From: an uncultured Pseudomonadota bacterium
Lineage (GTDB): Bacteria > Vulcanimicrobiota > Vulcanimicrobiia > Eremiobacterales > Eremiobacteraceae
Reading direction: 5' to 3'
NCBI GenBank assembly: GCA_963736005.1
Contig: CAVTNB010000002.1
Location: 161,364-225,363 of the forward strand
Length of the DNA: 64,000 nucleotides
Every line of letters starts with the position of its first letter. Position 1 is the first letter of the stretch. The notes below the pieces were generated by a model that saw nothing but the letters and a program-made list of their open reading frames with translations, had not been told where the DNA came from and searched no databases. A program made the position numbers and the translations under genes. This document shows positions 1-13,519 of the stretch, in pieces.

Positions 1-2436
1 ACGGTAGATTTTCACTTCCTGAATTTGCAAAGAGGCGTTAGGCTGCGTAATATTCAGCGAGACCGTGTAAGTCGTTGCAGGCCAGGTCGTCAGGCCCGGC
101 TCATTCGGCCCACTTACCCAGCCCCAACTGCTATTGTTAGGGCTCATTTTATAGGTGAGCGTTTCGTTCATAAGATTGCCGATCGGAACGGGATCCATTT
201 GCTGCGCGACGGCGCCGCTCTCCCCTGGCTCTGTGTAGAACGACGTCGTTGGTGCGCTTGTCGTTCCCGGCTGATACGAGGTACCACTCACCGATGACTG
301 CGTTGGGCTAGGTGACGGGGACGGGCTCGGTGAGGGGGATGGACCCGACGATGGCGATGGGCTCGGCAAAGGCGACGGGCTAGGAGACGGTGACGGGCTC
401 GAAGACGGCGACGAGCTCGGTGATGGTGACGGGCTCGGTGATGGTGACGGGCTCAGTGATGATGAGGGGATCGGCGACGGTGACGGGCTCGGCGACGGCG
501 ACGGGCTGGGAGATGGCGACGGACTCGCACTTGAGATCTGCAATTGTGATAAGGCCGTCGCTCCCGCATCATAGGAGAAGCTTTGCGTTGACGATGACGT
601 ATTGTTAACGTAGAACTTCACCGCAAGCCGATCGGAGGCATTGGCAATTTGAGCAACGCCGGGGATTGTGAAGGTTAGGATTCCTGCGCTCCCCAAGGAT
701 TGCGACAGTCCACTGAGGTCACCGACGGTTGCTAATCCATCGTATGCCGGGCCCCCCGAGGAGTTTGTTCGAATGATCGTCACTTCTTTGATTTGCAGAC
801 CCGAGCCGGGTTGGGTCACGTTAAGCTTGACGACGTAAGTGGCTGCAGGCCACGCTGTGAGGCCGGGTTGACCGCTACCTGAAACCCATCCCCAACTTGT
901 CTTGTTCGGACTAGCTTTATACGTCAGCGTTTCATTGGTGAGATTTCCGACGACGCTTGTATCCATCTCTTGCGAGATCGCTCCGCTTTCATTTGGGAAG
1001 GTATAGAAGATGCTCTTGGGAGCCGCGGTGGCCCCGGGATAGTAGGTGCCCGGACTGCCGCTCGAACGGGCAGATGGACTCGGTGTGGGCGATGGACTCG
1101 GCGACGGTGACGGCCTCGGCGTGGTCGATGGACTTGGCGATGGTGACGGACCCGGAGACCCGCCGATGACAATTGACAGTAATGGATGCAGCTCCAAACC
1201 GCTTGGCGGATGCTGGGCGCCCGTCCAAGGGTCGTAGAAGCCCACGCCAGTTACTGTGACTGGAACATTTGGATAGATTGTGGTTGTACCAATGTTATAG
1301 TGAGCATCGATGTAGCTTCTGACCGCTTGGATTTGGCTCAAGACCAAGCTGCCCGCAGCACAAATTGGGTTGGGACTTTCCGTTATAAACTGATGTCCGC
1401 TCGAGTCTGCCAATATTACATGATAGTCCAGATCAACACCGGGGGGCTCGATGCTGTACAACGTGACGTTAGTCAAACGATAGGTGGTATATTCCACCGG
1501 TGACAGCCGAGTGGGATACTCGGAAGGCAGTGGGAAAGGCGACGGTTTCGGCAATGCAATCAAATTTGCGAGAGTGGTGTCTTTCGGCGTCAAATTAACT
1601 GACGACGCATTGCTGTCAGTGAGCACCTTTATCGGCCATCGGTAATGAGGATAGCAACTTGGGCTAGGCGATGCGGTCAGGGAGTGAAATTTCCCACTTT
1701 GGGCCGGCATTTGAGCGCCGGGATATGGTTGATCGTCGGGATCGATGTCCGGGTTGAGCGTTGCAGTCGGTGTTACTGCTGCCGGAGAGCGGGTTGGCGT
1801 GGATGATGGTCTTGGTGAAGGTAGGCGGTGCGACGCGATGGCGCTCGGTGCTGGAGACATGCTGGTTGTCGGTTTCGTCAGTTTCGCGCAATTTAGCCCC
1901 ACACAAATGGAAAGTATTGGGTGTAACTCGATTCCATTATGCGCTTGCCCGGGCTCCGTTGAGAGGAAGTCAAAAAAGCCAATGCCGCTGACGCTAATCT
2001 GCGAATTAGGCGGCGCTCGCAATATGAGATTCCCGATTGCTTGGTGGACAGCTTGAATTGCGTTGAAAAATGTCGAGCCCGACGCGCAGCTAGGATCGGG
2101 GCTCTCGACGAACATCGTGTGTCCCCTGTCGTCCCCTATGGTCAAGCGGTAGTCTTGATCGGATTCCAAGTCGATTTTGATCAACCGTACATTGGAAAGT
2201 CTATAGGTGGTCGTCTCAACTGGTCGTAAGCGGCTCAACGGTGAGAGCTGAGCTGGCGCAGACAGAGAGCCTAGTTCGGCGATCGTTGATTCGACTGCTG
2301 GGGCTAAAACTGAAAGGCTATCGGGATCAGCGCCAACCTTAATCAACCATCGTTCTGAACCGCAGGCTAAACTGACCGCCGGTGAGAGCAAGAGCACGAG
2401 TACAATAAGCGCGAGTATCGAGTGGGTCTTTTTCAA
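1..2436 (-). CDS. Secreted modular protein A (3' end runs off the window): signal peptide, two X domains, Ser/Pro linker, Y domain, Ser/Pro linker, second Y domain
   Basis: Translated by hand; absent from the ORF track because it has no stop in the window. TTG at 2436 gives LKKTHSILALIVLVLLLSPAVSLA-CGSERWLIKVGAD... and stays open to ...QEVKIYR at base 1. Frame checked at 2115, 1638 and 3. Its domains match proteins at 28134, 3328-7726 and 60847. Confidence 0.9.
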   Translation of the reverse strand, partial: MKKTHSILALIVLVLLLSPAVSLACGSERWLIKVGADPDSLSVLAPAVESTIAELGSLSAPAQLSPLSRLRPVETTTYRLSNVRLIKIDLESDQDYRLTIGDDRGHTMFVESPDPSCASGSTFFNAIQAVHQAIGNLILRAPPNSQISVSGIGFFDFLSTEPGQAHNGIELHPILSICVGLNCAKLTKPTTSMSPAPSAIASHRLPSPRPSSTPTRSPAAVTPTATLNPDIDPDDQPYPGAQMPAQSGKFHSLTASPSPSCYPHYRWPIKVLTDSNASSVNLTPKDTTLANLIALPKPSPFPLPSEYPTRLSPVEYTTYRLTNVTLYSIEPPGVDLDYHVILADSSGHQFITESPNPICAAGSLVLSQIQAVRSYIDAHYNIGTTTIYPNVPVTVTGVGFYDPWTGAQHPPSGLELHPLLSIVIGGSPGPSPSPSPSTTPRPSPSPSPSPTPSPSARSSGSPGTYYPGATAAPKSIFYTFPNESGAISQEMDTSVVGNLTNETLTYKASPNKTSWGWVSGSGQPGLTAWPAATYVVKLNVTQPGSGLQIKEVTIIRTNSSGGPAYDGLATVGDLSGLSQSLGSAGILTFTIPGVAQIANASDRLAVKFYVNNTSSSTQSFSYDAGATALSQLQISSASPSPSPSPSPSPSPSPSPIPSSSLSPSPSPSPSPSPSSSPSSSPSPSPSPSPLPSPSPSSGPSPSPSPSPSPSPTQSSVSGTSYQPGTTSAPTTSFYTEPGESGAVAQQMDPVPIGNLMNETLTYKMSPNNSSWGWVSGPNEPGLTTWPATTYTVSLNITQPNASLQIQEVKIYR
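300..530 (-). repeat. Ser-Pro linker coding repeat (TCACCG/AGCCCG/TCGCCG-type hexamers)
   Basis: Degenerate hexamer tandem repeat translating to SPSPSPSP within protein A. Confidence 0.85.
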
Positions 2437-2469
2437 CGGCTTTTCTATCTAATGAGAGAAATCTACGAA

Positions 2470-2928
2470 TCAGGAATCGTGAAGAGTCGTAATGAAAATT
2501 GTCTTCTCGCTAGAACCCTTCGCTGATAGGAGCTGCAACGTCAAGGTGGTGGTGGAATTCACGACATTCGAAAGGTCCCAATACTGAAATGCCCCACGCC
2601 AACGCCCGTTGAGGGTGCGGTGCAGCATAATTGGGGAAAGGGCTGAGCCCAACAGCGTCACACCAGTCACGGATGCGTCGGCTTGTAGCTCCACCGCTAC
2701 GTTGCTCCCATTGTGGATGGCAACCGTTTGGTGGGCACCGATCTTGTCCCAAGTCACCTCAAACGCGCTGCCGCGGGTCAGATCAGCGATGAATACTTCG
2801 ACCTGGGTTAATTTGGGACGTTCATATGACTCGGGAAGTGCCCCCGTTTGTGGGCTCACCGCGTTGGTGGCACATCCAGTTATCAACAGGCAGAGGCACA
2901 ATATCCACAGGTACGGGAGACGGGACAT
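2470..2928 (-). CDS. Predicted lipoprotein, beta-rich, unknown function
   Basis: 152-aa ORF with hydrophobic leader and lipobox LITG-C; co-oriented directly upstream of protein A. Confidence 0.75.
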   Translation of the reverse strand: MSRLPYLWILCLCLLITGCATNAVSPQTGALPESYERPKLTQVEVFIADLTRGSAFEVTWDKIGAHQTVAIHNGSNVAVELQADASVTGVTLLGSALSPIMLHRTLNGRWRGAFQYWDLSNVVNSTTTLTLQLLSAKGSSEKTIFITTLHDS

Positions 2929-3003
2929 TATTTTCCGATCCTAGACACTCTGAATCGGCCCTCAGTCTATGCGGTTTTGAAGACCTTTTTGCGCCCAGTC
3001 AAC

Positions 3004-3019
3004 TGTGATCTACATTACC
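3004..3019. promoter_or_regulatory. CRP/FNR-family-like box (TGTGA-N6-TTACC; GGTAA-N6-TCACA on minus)
   Basis: About 75 nt upstream of the 2928 start; same half-sites as the box at 28066-28081. Confidence 0.4.
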
Positions 3020-3260
3020 TTATTGGCTCATTTTCTACAATAGGGCAAAGGTGGGGCGGGGCGAGGGCGCTCTAGAGCGCGATGAAGCCTTGTTATCCAA
3101 GAGCTCGTAAATCGCGCTAATCAATTCCTCTGGAGACGTGACGTCGAGATAATTGAAACCCTTTCTGAAACTTACTAACAGCACGTATAAAAGGGGTTCA
3201 CAAACAATAACCCTAGATGCAGGCTGTTCAAGTTTCAGTCTCTCTTTAGGGGACTGCTCT

Positions 3261-3295
3261 TGGAGTCCAACACCAGGCCAAGCAGTTGGACTCCA
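3261..3295 (-). terminator. Stem-loop downstream of gene B
   Basis: Perfect 11-bp inverted repeat TGGAGTCCAAC/GTTGGACTCCA with a 13-nt loop, about 30 nt after the 3328 stop; no clear U-tract. Confidence 0.5.
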
Positions 3296-3327
3296 GTTGT
3301 TCTTGCTGAGCGCTTAGCCCCAAGGCA

Positions 3328-7726
<4,399 letters not shown>

Positions 7727-8157
7727 TCGTCCTCCTCAAACGGGACCACAAAAATGCACAGCGCTTTCAGTACGAATGCCGCGAGCTGAAGGCCAGTGAG
7801 AGCCGTTAACTGAGGGGCGCGATAATGGCCAAATTTGACCCGCTCAAAATACTGCAGGTCAATCGCAGGATTGGATTCCTTTATATCACCTCGCGTCAAT
7901 AACCGCAAGCGTCTTTGTGGGCCAGCGCGACCAGATGTTTGGAATCCGACGCGCAAGCCAGAGTGAAACACCAACGTTTGCGAGGTTGTTCGCCGTTGTG
8001 TAGACCACACTTAATTGCAAATGGCGAAATACTCATACTCACATACCGAGTCGCGCGGGGCATTAAACCGTGTAGGCCGGACCACTAGGCCGGCACAGCG
8101 CTAAACACGGGGTCGATTTTGGGGCGTTCGTTATCCCAAACTTTTTTGCAGCTTTTT

Positions 8158-9105
8158 CTAACGCGTTGCAGCAAGCAATCTGTAATACGCGTTCAGCCAC
8201 CTTGCGGTGAAACCGCCCTGTCGATACTTGACAACACTGTCTTCATAAGCAGCGAGAAAAAAGAGATAGCCGTACGAAACCTTGAGTCGGGCGAGTGCCA
8301 AATGATACTTCGAAATGGCTTGATAGCGTTGTCGGACCCACGTAGCGTCCACCCCAAGCACATCGCGTTCGCCCTTAAGGAATTGTTTCCCAAACGTAAT
8401 GAGATCTTCTTGTGGGGACAACGTAAGGCGTGATCGCACCAACTGCGTGAGATTTTGGAACGCATCGTAATACTGCTCTAATATCTGCAAAGCTACCCCT
8501 CTTGAGAGGCAATCGGCAAGCATGGCCTGCTTGAGTGAATCAAGCTTGCTACCATATGTCGCTGCTAAATCCGTTGCTGCTATTGCATCAAAAAAACCGA
8601 GGGAAAATCGCAAAGAGTTGGCAACCGCGGTCATATGCCTGACCCGAATGGTCGCCGTTTTGGCTACACTAACCAAGAACGATTGATGAGTGCACAGCCC
8701 TTCGAACAGCCGGCACCATGTCTCCCCACTCGAGCTCTCTGATAGGATTTCTGAGACAAGGTCATCGCCTCTTAGTAGATGCCGTCTTGTGTGAGTCGTA
8801 AAACGCAAGATGTCTAGACAGTCAAACGGTACGATGAAGGGTTCATGGAGGAACAGGCCGTGAAAACTCTTTGGGAGCTGGCGGTAGACTGAAAAGAACT
8901 GAACGTTGTCCAGCTTGGCGTCACGGACAATGAGTAACAAATCGAGGTCGGACAACCCAGGATACTTAACATTCCCAACTTGATAAACAGCTAGCGCTCG
9001 AGCCTCAACTCTTTGCGCGTACAACATCGCCGCTTGTGTATAAAGATGCGGGTCGATAGGGGTAGGGAAATCCTTGAAATGCGCAACTACAGGCTGGCTA
9101 TGCAA
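8158..9105 (-). CDS. Pol-beta superfamily nucleotidyltransferase-domain protein
   Basis: Motif VYQVGNVKYPGLSDLDLLLIV (hG[S/N]-x-DxD) followed by a helical C-terminus; overlaps the upstream gene. Confidence 0.7.
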   Translation of the reverse strand: MHSQPVVAHFKDFPTPIDPHLYTQAAMLYAQRVEARALAVYQVGNVKYPGLSDLDLLLIVRDAKLDNVQFFSVYRQLPKSFHGLFLHEPFIVPFDCLDILRFTTHTRRHLLRGDDLVSEILSESSSGETWCRLFEGLCTHQSFLVSVAKTATIRVRHMTAVANSLRFSLGFFDAIAATDLAATYGSKLDSLKQAMLADCLSRGVALQILEQYYDAFQNLTQLVRSRLTLSPQEDLITFGKQFLKGERDVLGVDATWVRQRYQAISKYHLALARLKVSYGYLFFLAAYEDSVVKYRQGGFTARWLNAYYRLLAATR

Positions 9106-10043
9106 TCCAAGAACTCTTGACAGCTTGTCGTAAATGCATCCGAGCGATCACCGAGCAACTCACGAACATTGGCACTAGATTGGTACATGCGCGATAAGCG
9201 AATTATCGCGTGTGGGTGAAACATCTTTGAGACTATATGCTGAGTCATACGGGCGGGAGGTCTTCGCCAGCGTAACCTCATGTCTTCGGCCTGGCGAATA
9301 GCACCCCAAGCGACGCCTGGAAATTCTTGCGGTCCAAGAGCAAAGGAATCTCTCTTATAGCAAAAAATATCGACGGACGCCAAGAGTAGACTAGGCATGA
9401 GGAGCAGCCCCGACAGAACGGACTTAAATGCATAGTCGTCACGCTCGTGATCTCTTCGTTCCAAACGCCCAACTAACGACTCGATCGATGCCTGAAGTCT
9501 TAATTTTGTGTTAGGGGAAACCACCTTTCTGAGGGTGATTGACGGTGTTCCCCAAATCACGAGCGCGTTGCGCAGTGTCTCCACTGGCAAGAAGGATTCC
9601 CGATATGAGTCAAATTCGCTGCGCAACATAAACATGAAGCCGTGATGCATGAGGCAATCATAGAGAAACATCGAGCGAAGCAAGGTTTGCAGTTCGGATA
9701 CGGCATTTTGATGCTGCGTTGCCGTAAAGGAACGGGAATCATCAAGTACCACAAGGACGTCAACGTCACTGAAGCCACAGGTATCACCGGTCGCCTGACT
9801 TCCGTGCACGAGGATCTGATGTATCGGCTCTAATCTCGCACCGTCAACTCTAAGATCAAGGTTTTTCACACCGCTGCTTTGGCGGAGCGGCAGCCGAAGT
9901 TCACCTCCTGCCGGCATTGACGGATTCAAGCCTGCAACCGCGGGCGGTCGTGAGCGCCTAGGGGCAAAAAGGTGCCGGCGGCGTAGGGCTTCCCCGTTGA
10001 CCCAAACATCGTAGTATGTCACCAAATCCACTGTCTCATACAT
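9087..10043 (-). CDS. Pol-beta superfamily nucleotidyltransferase-domain protein
   Basis: Motif ILVHGSQATGDTCGFSDVDVLVVL (GS...DxD); later YDCLMHHG; helical C-terminus; overlaps the GT2 stop. Confidence 0.8.
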   Translation of the reverse strand: MYETVDLVTYYDVWVNGEALRRRHLFAPRRSRPPAVAGLNPSMPAGGELRLPLRQSSGVKNLDLRVDGARLEPIHQILVHGSQATGDTCGFSDVDVLVVLDDSRSFTATQHQNAVSELQTLLRSMFLYDCLMHHGFMFMLRSEFDSYRESFLPVETLRNALVIWGTPSITLRKVVSPNTKLRLQASIESLVGRLERRDHERDDYAFKSVLSGLLLMPSLLLASVDIFCYKRDSFALGPQEFPGVAWGAIRQAEDMRLRWRRPPARMTQHIVSKMFHPHAIIRLSRMYQSSANVRELLGDRSDAFTTSCQEFLDCIASL

Positions 10044-10980
10044 CTGTTTTTACGTCCTGTTTCTTTGCGTGCGCCCATCTATTGGCAAGCAGCCACCCCA
10101 AGTACGTTGGATTCAAGAGCAACCAGAATCCATGGGCAAAGGCGCTTGGATATGCTCGCGATGCCAACGACTCACGAAGGCCGACGTGATGCATAATGCC
10201 GATGGCCATCCGCCATCGCCGGTACGAGACGTGCTGGCGATACCGCTCGAGGATGCGCACCCGGTCTTGCGCCTTCGAGTAATCGTTCCGGGTTGTCGAG
10301 GAGCCAGGCCGAAGATATCGATACACCGCATGTGGTTGCGCAACTAGATGCACTGGATAACCTGCAGAAAGACATCGCAACCACAAATCCCAGTCCTCGC
10401 CATAGTGCAGGGACACGTCAAATAATCCAACCTCATCAAATACGCGCCGCGGCACAACCATCATATAAGATAAGAAATTATCCTCGAGAGATGCGCTGAG
10501 CTGTTCAGCCGGGCCACGCTCGAAAATCCATTCCACCCCGCGTTCATGATAGTTCCCAACGCTGCTGATTCGACCGTCCACCCGCACAAAAAAATCGGTC
10601 GTTACAATTTGCTGGACAGAACTGTCCAGGCGTGTGCTTAAAGCACCCAAGCGGTTGGGAAGCCAATAGTCATCAGCATCAAGAAACGCGATATGCTCCC
10701 CACGGGCCGCCGCTATGCCGGCATTTCGCGCCGCAGCGACGCCTTGGTTGTGCTGATAAAGGTAGCGCACGCGTGCTCCAAAACGCTGCGCTACTTGCGA
10801 GGTTTCATCGGTGGACCCGTCATCGACAACGATGATTTCGTACTTGTCAACCGGATACTGTTGGGCAAGAACACTCTCAATTGCCTGGCCCAACTGCGCG
10901 GCACACTGAAATGTGGGAATGACGACGGAAACGTCGGGCTGTTTTGGCGTAAGATCCATGTGATACGTCTCGCTCGCCAC
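10036..10980 (-). CDS. Glycosyltransferase family 2
   Basis: VSVVIPTF, IIVVDDGSTD, ARNAG, AFLDADD, EDWDLWLR. Confidence 0.95.
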   Translation of the reverse strand: MASETYHMDLTPKQPDVSVVIPTFQCAAQLGQAIESVLAQQYPVDKYEIIVVDDGSTDETSQVAQRFGARVRYLYQHNQGVAAARNAGIAAARGEHIAFLDADDYWLPNRLGALSTRLDSSVQQIVTTDFFVRVDGRISSVGNYHERGVEWIFERGPAEQLSASLEDNFLSYMMVVPRRVFDEVGLFDVSLHYGEDWDLWLRCLSAGYPVHLVAQPHAVYRYLRPGSSTTRNDYSKAQDRVRILERYRQHVSYRRWRMAIGIMHHVGLRESLASRAYPSAFAHGFWLLLNPTYLGWLLANRWAHAKKQDVKTDV

Positions 10981-11027
10981 CTTCCGTAGGAGCCTTTTTC
11001 CGGCCTCCCGAAGTGCCCAATATTGTC

Positions 11028-11237
11028 ATGAATCCGCGCAGACTGTTGCGATTTAAAATCGTAACCTCATTTGCCTTCGCTGCACTGGGTCTGATAACGT
11101 TCGTGCGGCTTGCAGCCACCGAACCGCTTTCCGGCGCCACGCTGCTGGCGTTTGCGTTAGTGAGCATCTTTGTAATTGCAGCCGTGTGGCGTGGCTGCAT
11201 CTACCTCCAGGTCATACGAGGACTCGCAAAATCTTAA
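11028..11237 (+). CDS. Small two-helix membrane protein
   Basis: Two hydrophobic segments; abuts the USP gene. Confidence 0.65.
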   Translation: MNPRRLLRFKIVTSFAFAALGLITFVRLAATEPLSGATLLAFALVSIFVIAAVWRGCIYLQVIRGLAKS

Positions 11238-11238
11238 C

Positions 11239-11859
11239 ATGATATCGGTCGACCCTATTGGTGCGTTGGTGGGCGCTCTCATTATCGCCTCGATCGGCTC
11301 GACCATGTACAAGATGCTGCACGCCCCATCGAGCCGTACGGAAATAATCGCAGCACATGCCGCCGAGCAAGCGAAGGAAATCACCGGCGTCATCTTAGTG
11401 GTTTTCTCTCACCATATCCACTCAGAGGTGCTCATAGCGTTGGCTTCGAGGATGGCCAAAGGAAGACAGGCGCAACTCGTCGCCATTTATGTTATCGAAG
11501 TGCCATACACGCTGCCCATCGATGCCGAGCTCCCTGCCGAAGAGCGGGAGGCACTTGAAGTCTTGACGGCAGCCGAAGAAATCGGACGCAAGACCGGCGT
11601 AGAGATTATCACTCGGACCATCAGAGATCGCCAAACGGGGCCTGCAATCATTCAAGCGGCTCGTGAGGAAAATGCATCGCTTATCGTGATGGGAACATAT
11701 CGAGAGCACCGTTACGCAGGCGCCCCCATGGGTCAGGCCATTGAATACGTGTTGGGCCAGACCCAAGTGGATGTGATGATCGGCGTCTCATCCTCCACGG
11801 AAGGCGAAAGCATGCTTAGCTTGGGGACTGTTCCGACTCGCCCGGTACGAAGCACGTGA
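11239..11859 (+). CDS. Universal stress protein with N-terminal membrane anchor
   Basis: LVAIYVIEVP...GPAIIQAAREENASLIVMG...GQAIEYVL...VDVMI USP pattern; likely ATG at 11239. Confidence 0.85.
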   Translation: MISVDPIGALVGALIIASIGSTMYKMLHAPSSRTEIIAAHAAEQAKEITGVILVVFSHHIHSEVLIALASRMAKGRQAQLVAIYVIEVPYTLPIDAELPAEEREALEVLTAAEEIGRKTGVEIITRTIRDRQTGPAIIQAAREENASLIVMGTYREHRYAGAPMGQAIEYVLGQTQVDVMIGVSSSTEGESMLSLGTVPTRPVRST

Positions 11860-12506
11860 AGTGCATCCTCTTGCCGACCACAACGTGCCTCGCGTTGTCG
11901 CTCGTCGGCGCGGCACCTTCCGGAATCGATACGCCCACCAATGTCATCAACCGGTTCGCAACGGCCTGGAACCACCTCAAATCGTATACGTGCACGTGGA
12001 CGGTCCACGAAATGCAAGGGTCGAAAACCCAGTACCGCGTCTATCACGTCTTCTTTCAAAAGCCGCTCAACACTCGCGCCGAGGTTGCCGATGGCGACGG
12101 TAAAGGAAGTGTTGCGGTCTGGGATGGGGGCGATCGGGTCCGAGGTCACCAAGGCGGAATTTTGTCCATCATCAAGCTCAACCTCGACATCCACAACCGC
12201 CTCGCGGTCAGCCTGCGCGGAGCCACAATCGCTCAGGTGAACATGGGCTGGCTCCTTCAGCATCTACGGGCAATCGATAGCAAGGATTGCAAAGTCTCGC
12301 GACAAGGCGTCAACAGCGTCCTCTCGGCTCCCGTCCACGAACCTGCTCCAGACACAGACATCGTCAGGGAAGTCTATGTGTTTAATCCAAGCGGGTTGCC
12401 GGTCGAAGCCTTTCAATATGGCGAGAATGACCTAGTGCTGAAGCATGTTGTGTATTCCAACTATCGGCCTAACGTGGTCCTGCCACCGTCAACGTGGCAA
12501 ATCTAA
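11856..12506 (+). CDS. Exported LolA-fold/DUF1571-like protein
   Basis: Signal peptide; SYTCTWTVHE...F.KP...RAEV...G.G.VAVW.G; ends YSNYRPNVVLPPSTW; GTGA overlap with USP. Confidence 0.65.
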   Translation: MKCILLPTTTCLALSLVGAAPSGIDTPTNVINRFATAWNHLKSYTCTWTVHEMQGSKTQYRVYHVFFQKPLNTRAEVADGDGKGSVAVWDGGDRVRGHQGGILSIIKLNLDIHNRLAVSLRGATIAQVNMGWLLQHLRAIDSKDCKVSRQGVNSVLSAPVHEPAPDTDIVREVYVFNPSGLPVEAFQYGENDLVLKHVVYSNYRPNVVLPPSTWQI

Positions 12507-12528
12507 AGCTCCCCGATGTGAACCCCGG

Positions 12529-13464
12529 GTGAGAATCACCGATATTCTCGCGGGTAACAAGCCTTGCTTTTCTTTTGAGTTCTTCCCGCCCAAGAGCGAC
12601 GAGGGTGTTACTGCCCTGATGAGCACAGCGGCCGCGCTGCAGCCGCTCAAACCCGCCTTCGTTTCGGTCACCTATGGCGCAGGCGGTAGTTCTCGCACGA
12701 GAACACTCGACGTCGTGAAGGCGATGAAGAGCGAACTTGGCTTAGAAGCAATGGCGCATCTGACGTGTGTCGGAGCGACCGTTGACGAGTTGCGCAATGT
12801 TCTCCGCGAACTGAAGAGCGCGAGAATTGAGAATGTCCTAGCATTACGAGGCGACCCACCGCGGGGCGACATACACTTCGATCCGCCGCAGGGCGGCCTG
12901 GCTCATGCATCCCAACTTGTTGAATTGGTTGGCTCGGAGTTCGATTTCTGCGTCGGTGGCGCGTGCTATCCGGAAAAACACATCGAAGCGGTGGACCTCG
13001 CCTCAGACCTGAAGTTTCTGGTCGCCAAGGTCCACGCTGGCGCGAAGTTTCTCATTACGCAATTATTTTTTGATAATGAACGGTATTATCTTTTTGTCGA
13101 GCGTGCGAGACGAATAGGCATCGACGTCCCGATTATTCCTGGCATTATGCCGATTACGAATGCGGACCAAGTTGCTCGGTTCACCAATCTGTGCGGGGCG
13201 ACTATACCGCCGGCTCTCTTGAGCGAGCTCGACCTGCGGAAGGGTCAACCGGAGGCGATTTTGGATCTTGGCGTCGCGTATGCGACCTTGCAATGCGTCG
13301 ACCTGTTAAGCGCAGGCGTACCGGCAATACATTTCTATACGCTCAACAAATCGCCCGCGGCGCGGGCAGTCGTGTCGGCCTTGCTTGCGGCACGACCCTG
13401 GGAGCGCAGTGCTGGACGTCGCTATCTAGAGGGAGTGGACGCCTTGGGGTGGACCACCAGCTAG
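12529..13464 (+). CDS. metF: 5,10-methylenetetrahydrofolate reductase
   Basis: SFEFFPPK, FVSVTYGAGG, AHLTC, LALRGDPP, YPEKH, ITQLFFDN, HFYTLN; likely GTG start at 12529. Confidence 0.97.
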   Translation: MRITDILAGNKPCFSFEFFPPKSDEGVTALMSTAAALQPLKPAFVSVTYGAGGSSRTRTLDVVKAMKSELGLEAMAHLTCVGATVDELRNVLRELKSARIENVLALRGDPPRGDIHFDPPQGGLAHASQLVELVGSEFDFCVGGACYPEKHIEAVDLASDLKFLVAKVHAGAKFLITQLFFDNERYYLFVERARRIGIDVPIIPGIMPITNADQVARFTNLCGATIPPALLSELDLRKGQPEAILDLGVAYATLQCVDLLSAGVPAIHFYTLNKSPAARAVVSALLAARPWERSAGRRYLEGVDALGWTTS

Positions 13465-13519
13465 TCCTAGACCTTTACCAGCCCGAGGTGCCGGTTTTCA
13501 AGGGTCCGAACTCGGGCCC

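Noticed and set aside
7990..8150. Riboswitch (e.g. c-di-GMP) upstream of gene B
   Set aside because: Only short imperfect hairpins; no consensus motif recognisable by eye (an Rfam scan would settle it)
8158..10043. CBASS or MNT-HEPN defence system
   Set aside because: No effector, HEPN or Cap2/3 genes nearby; the genes are operonic with a GT2
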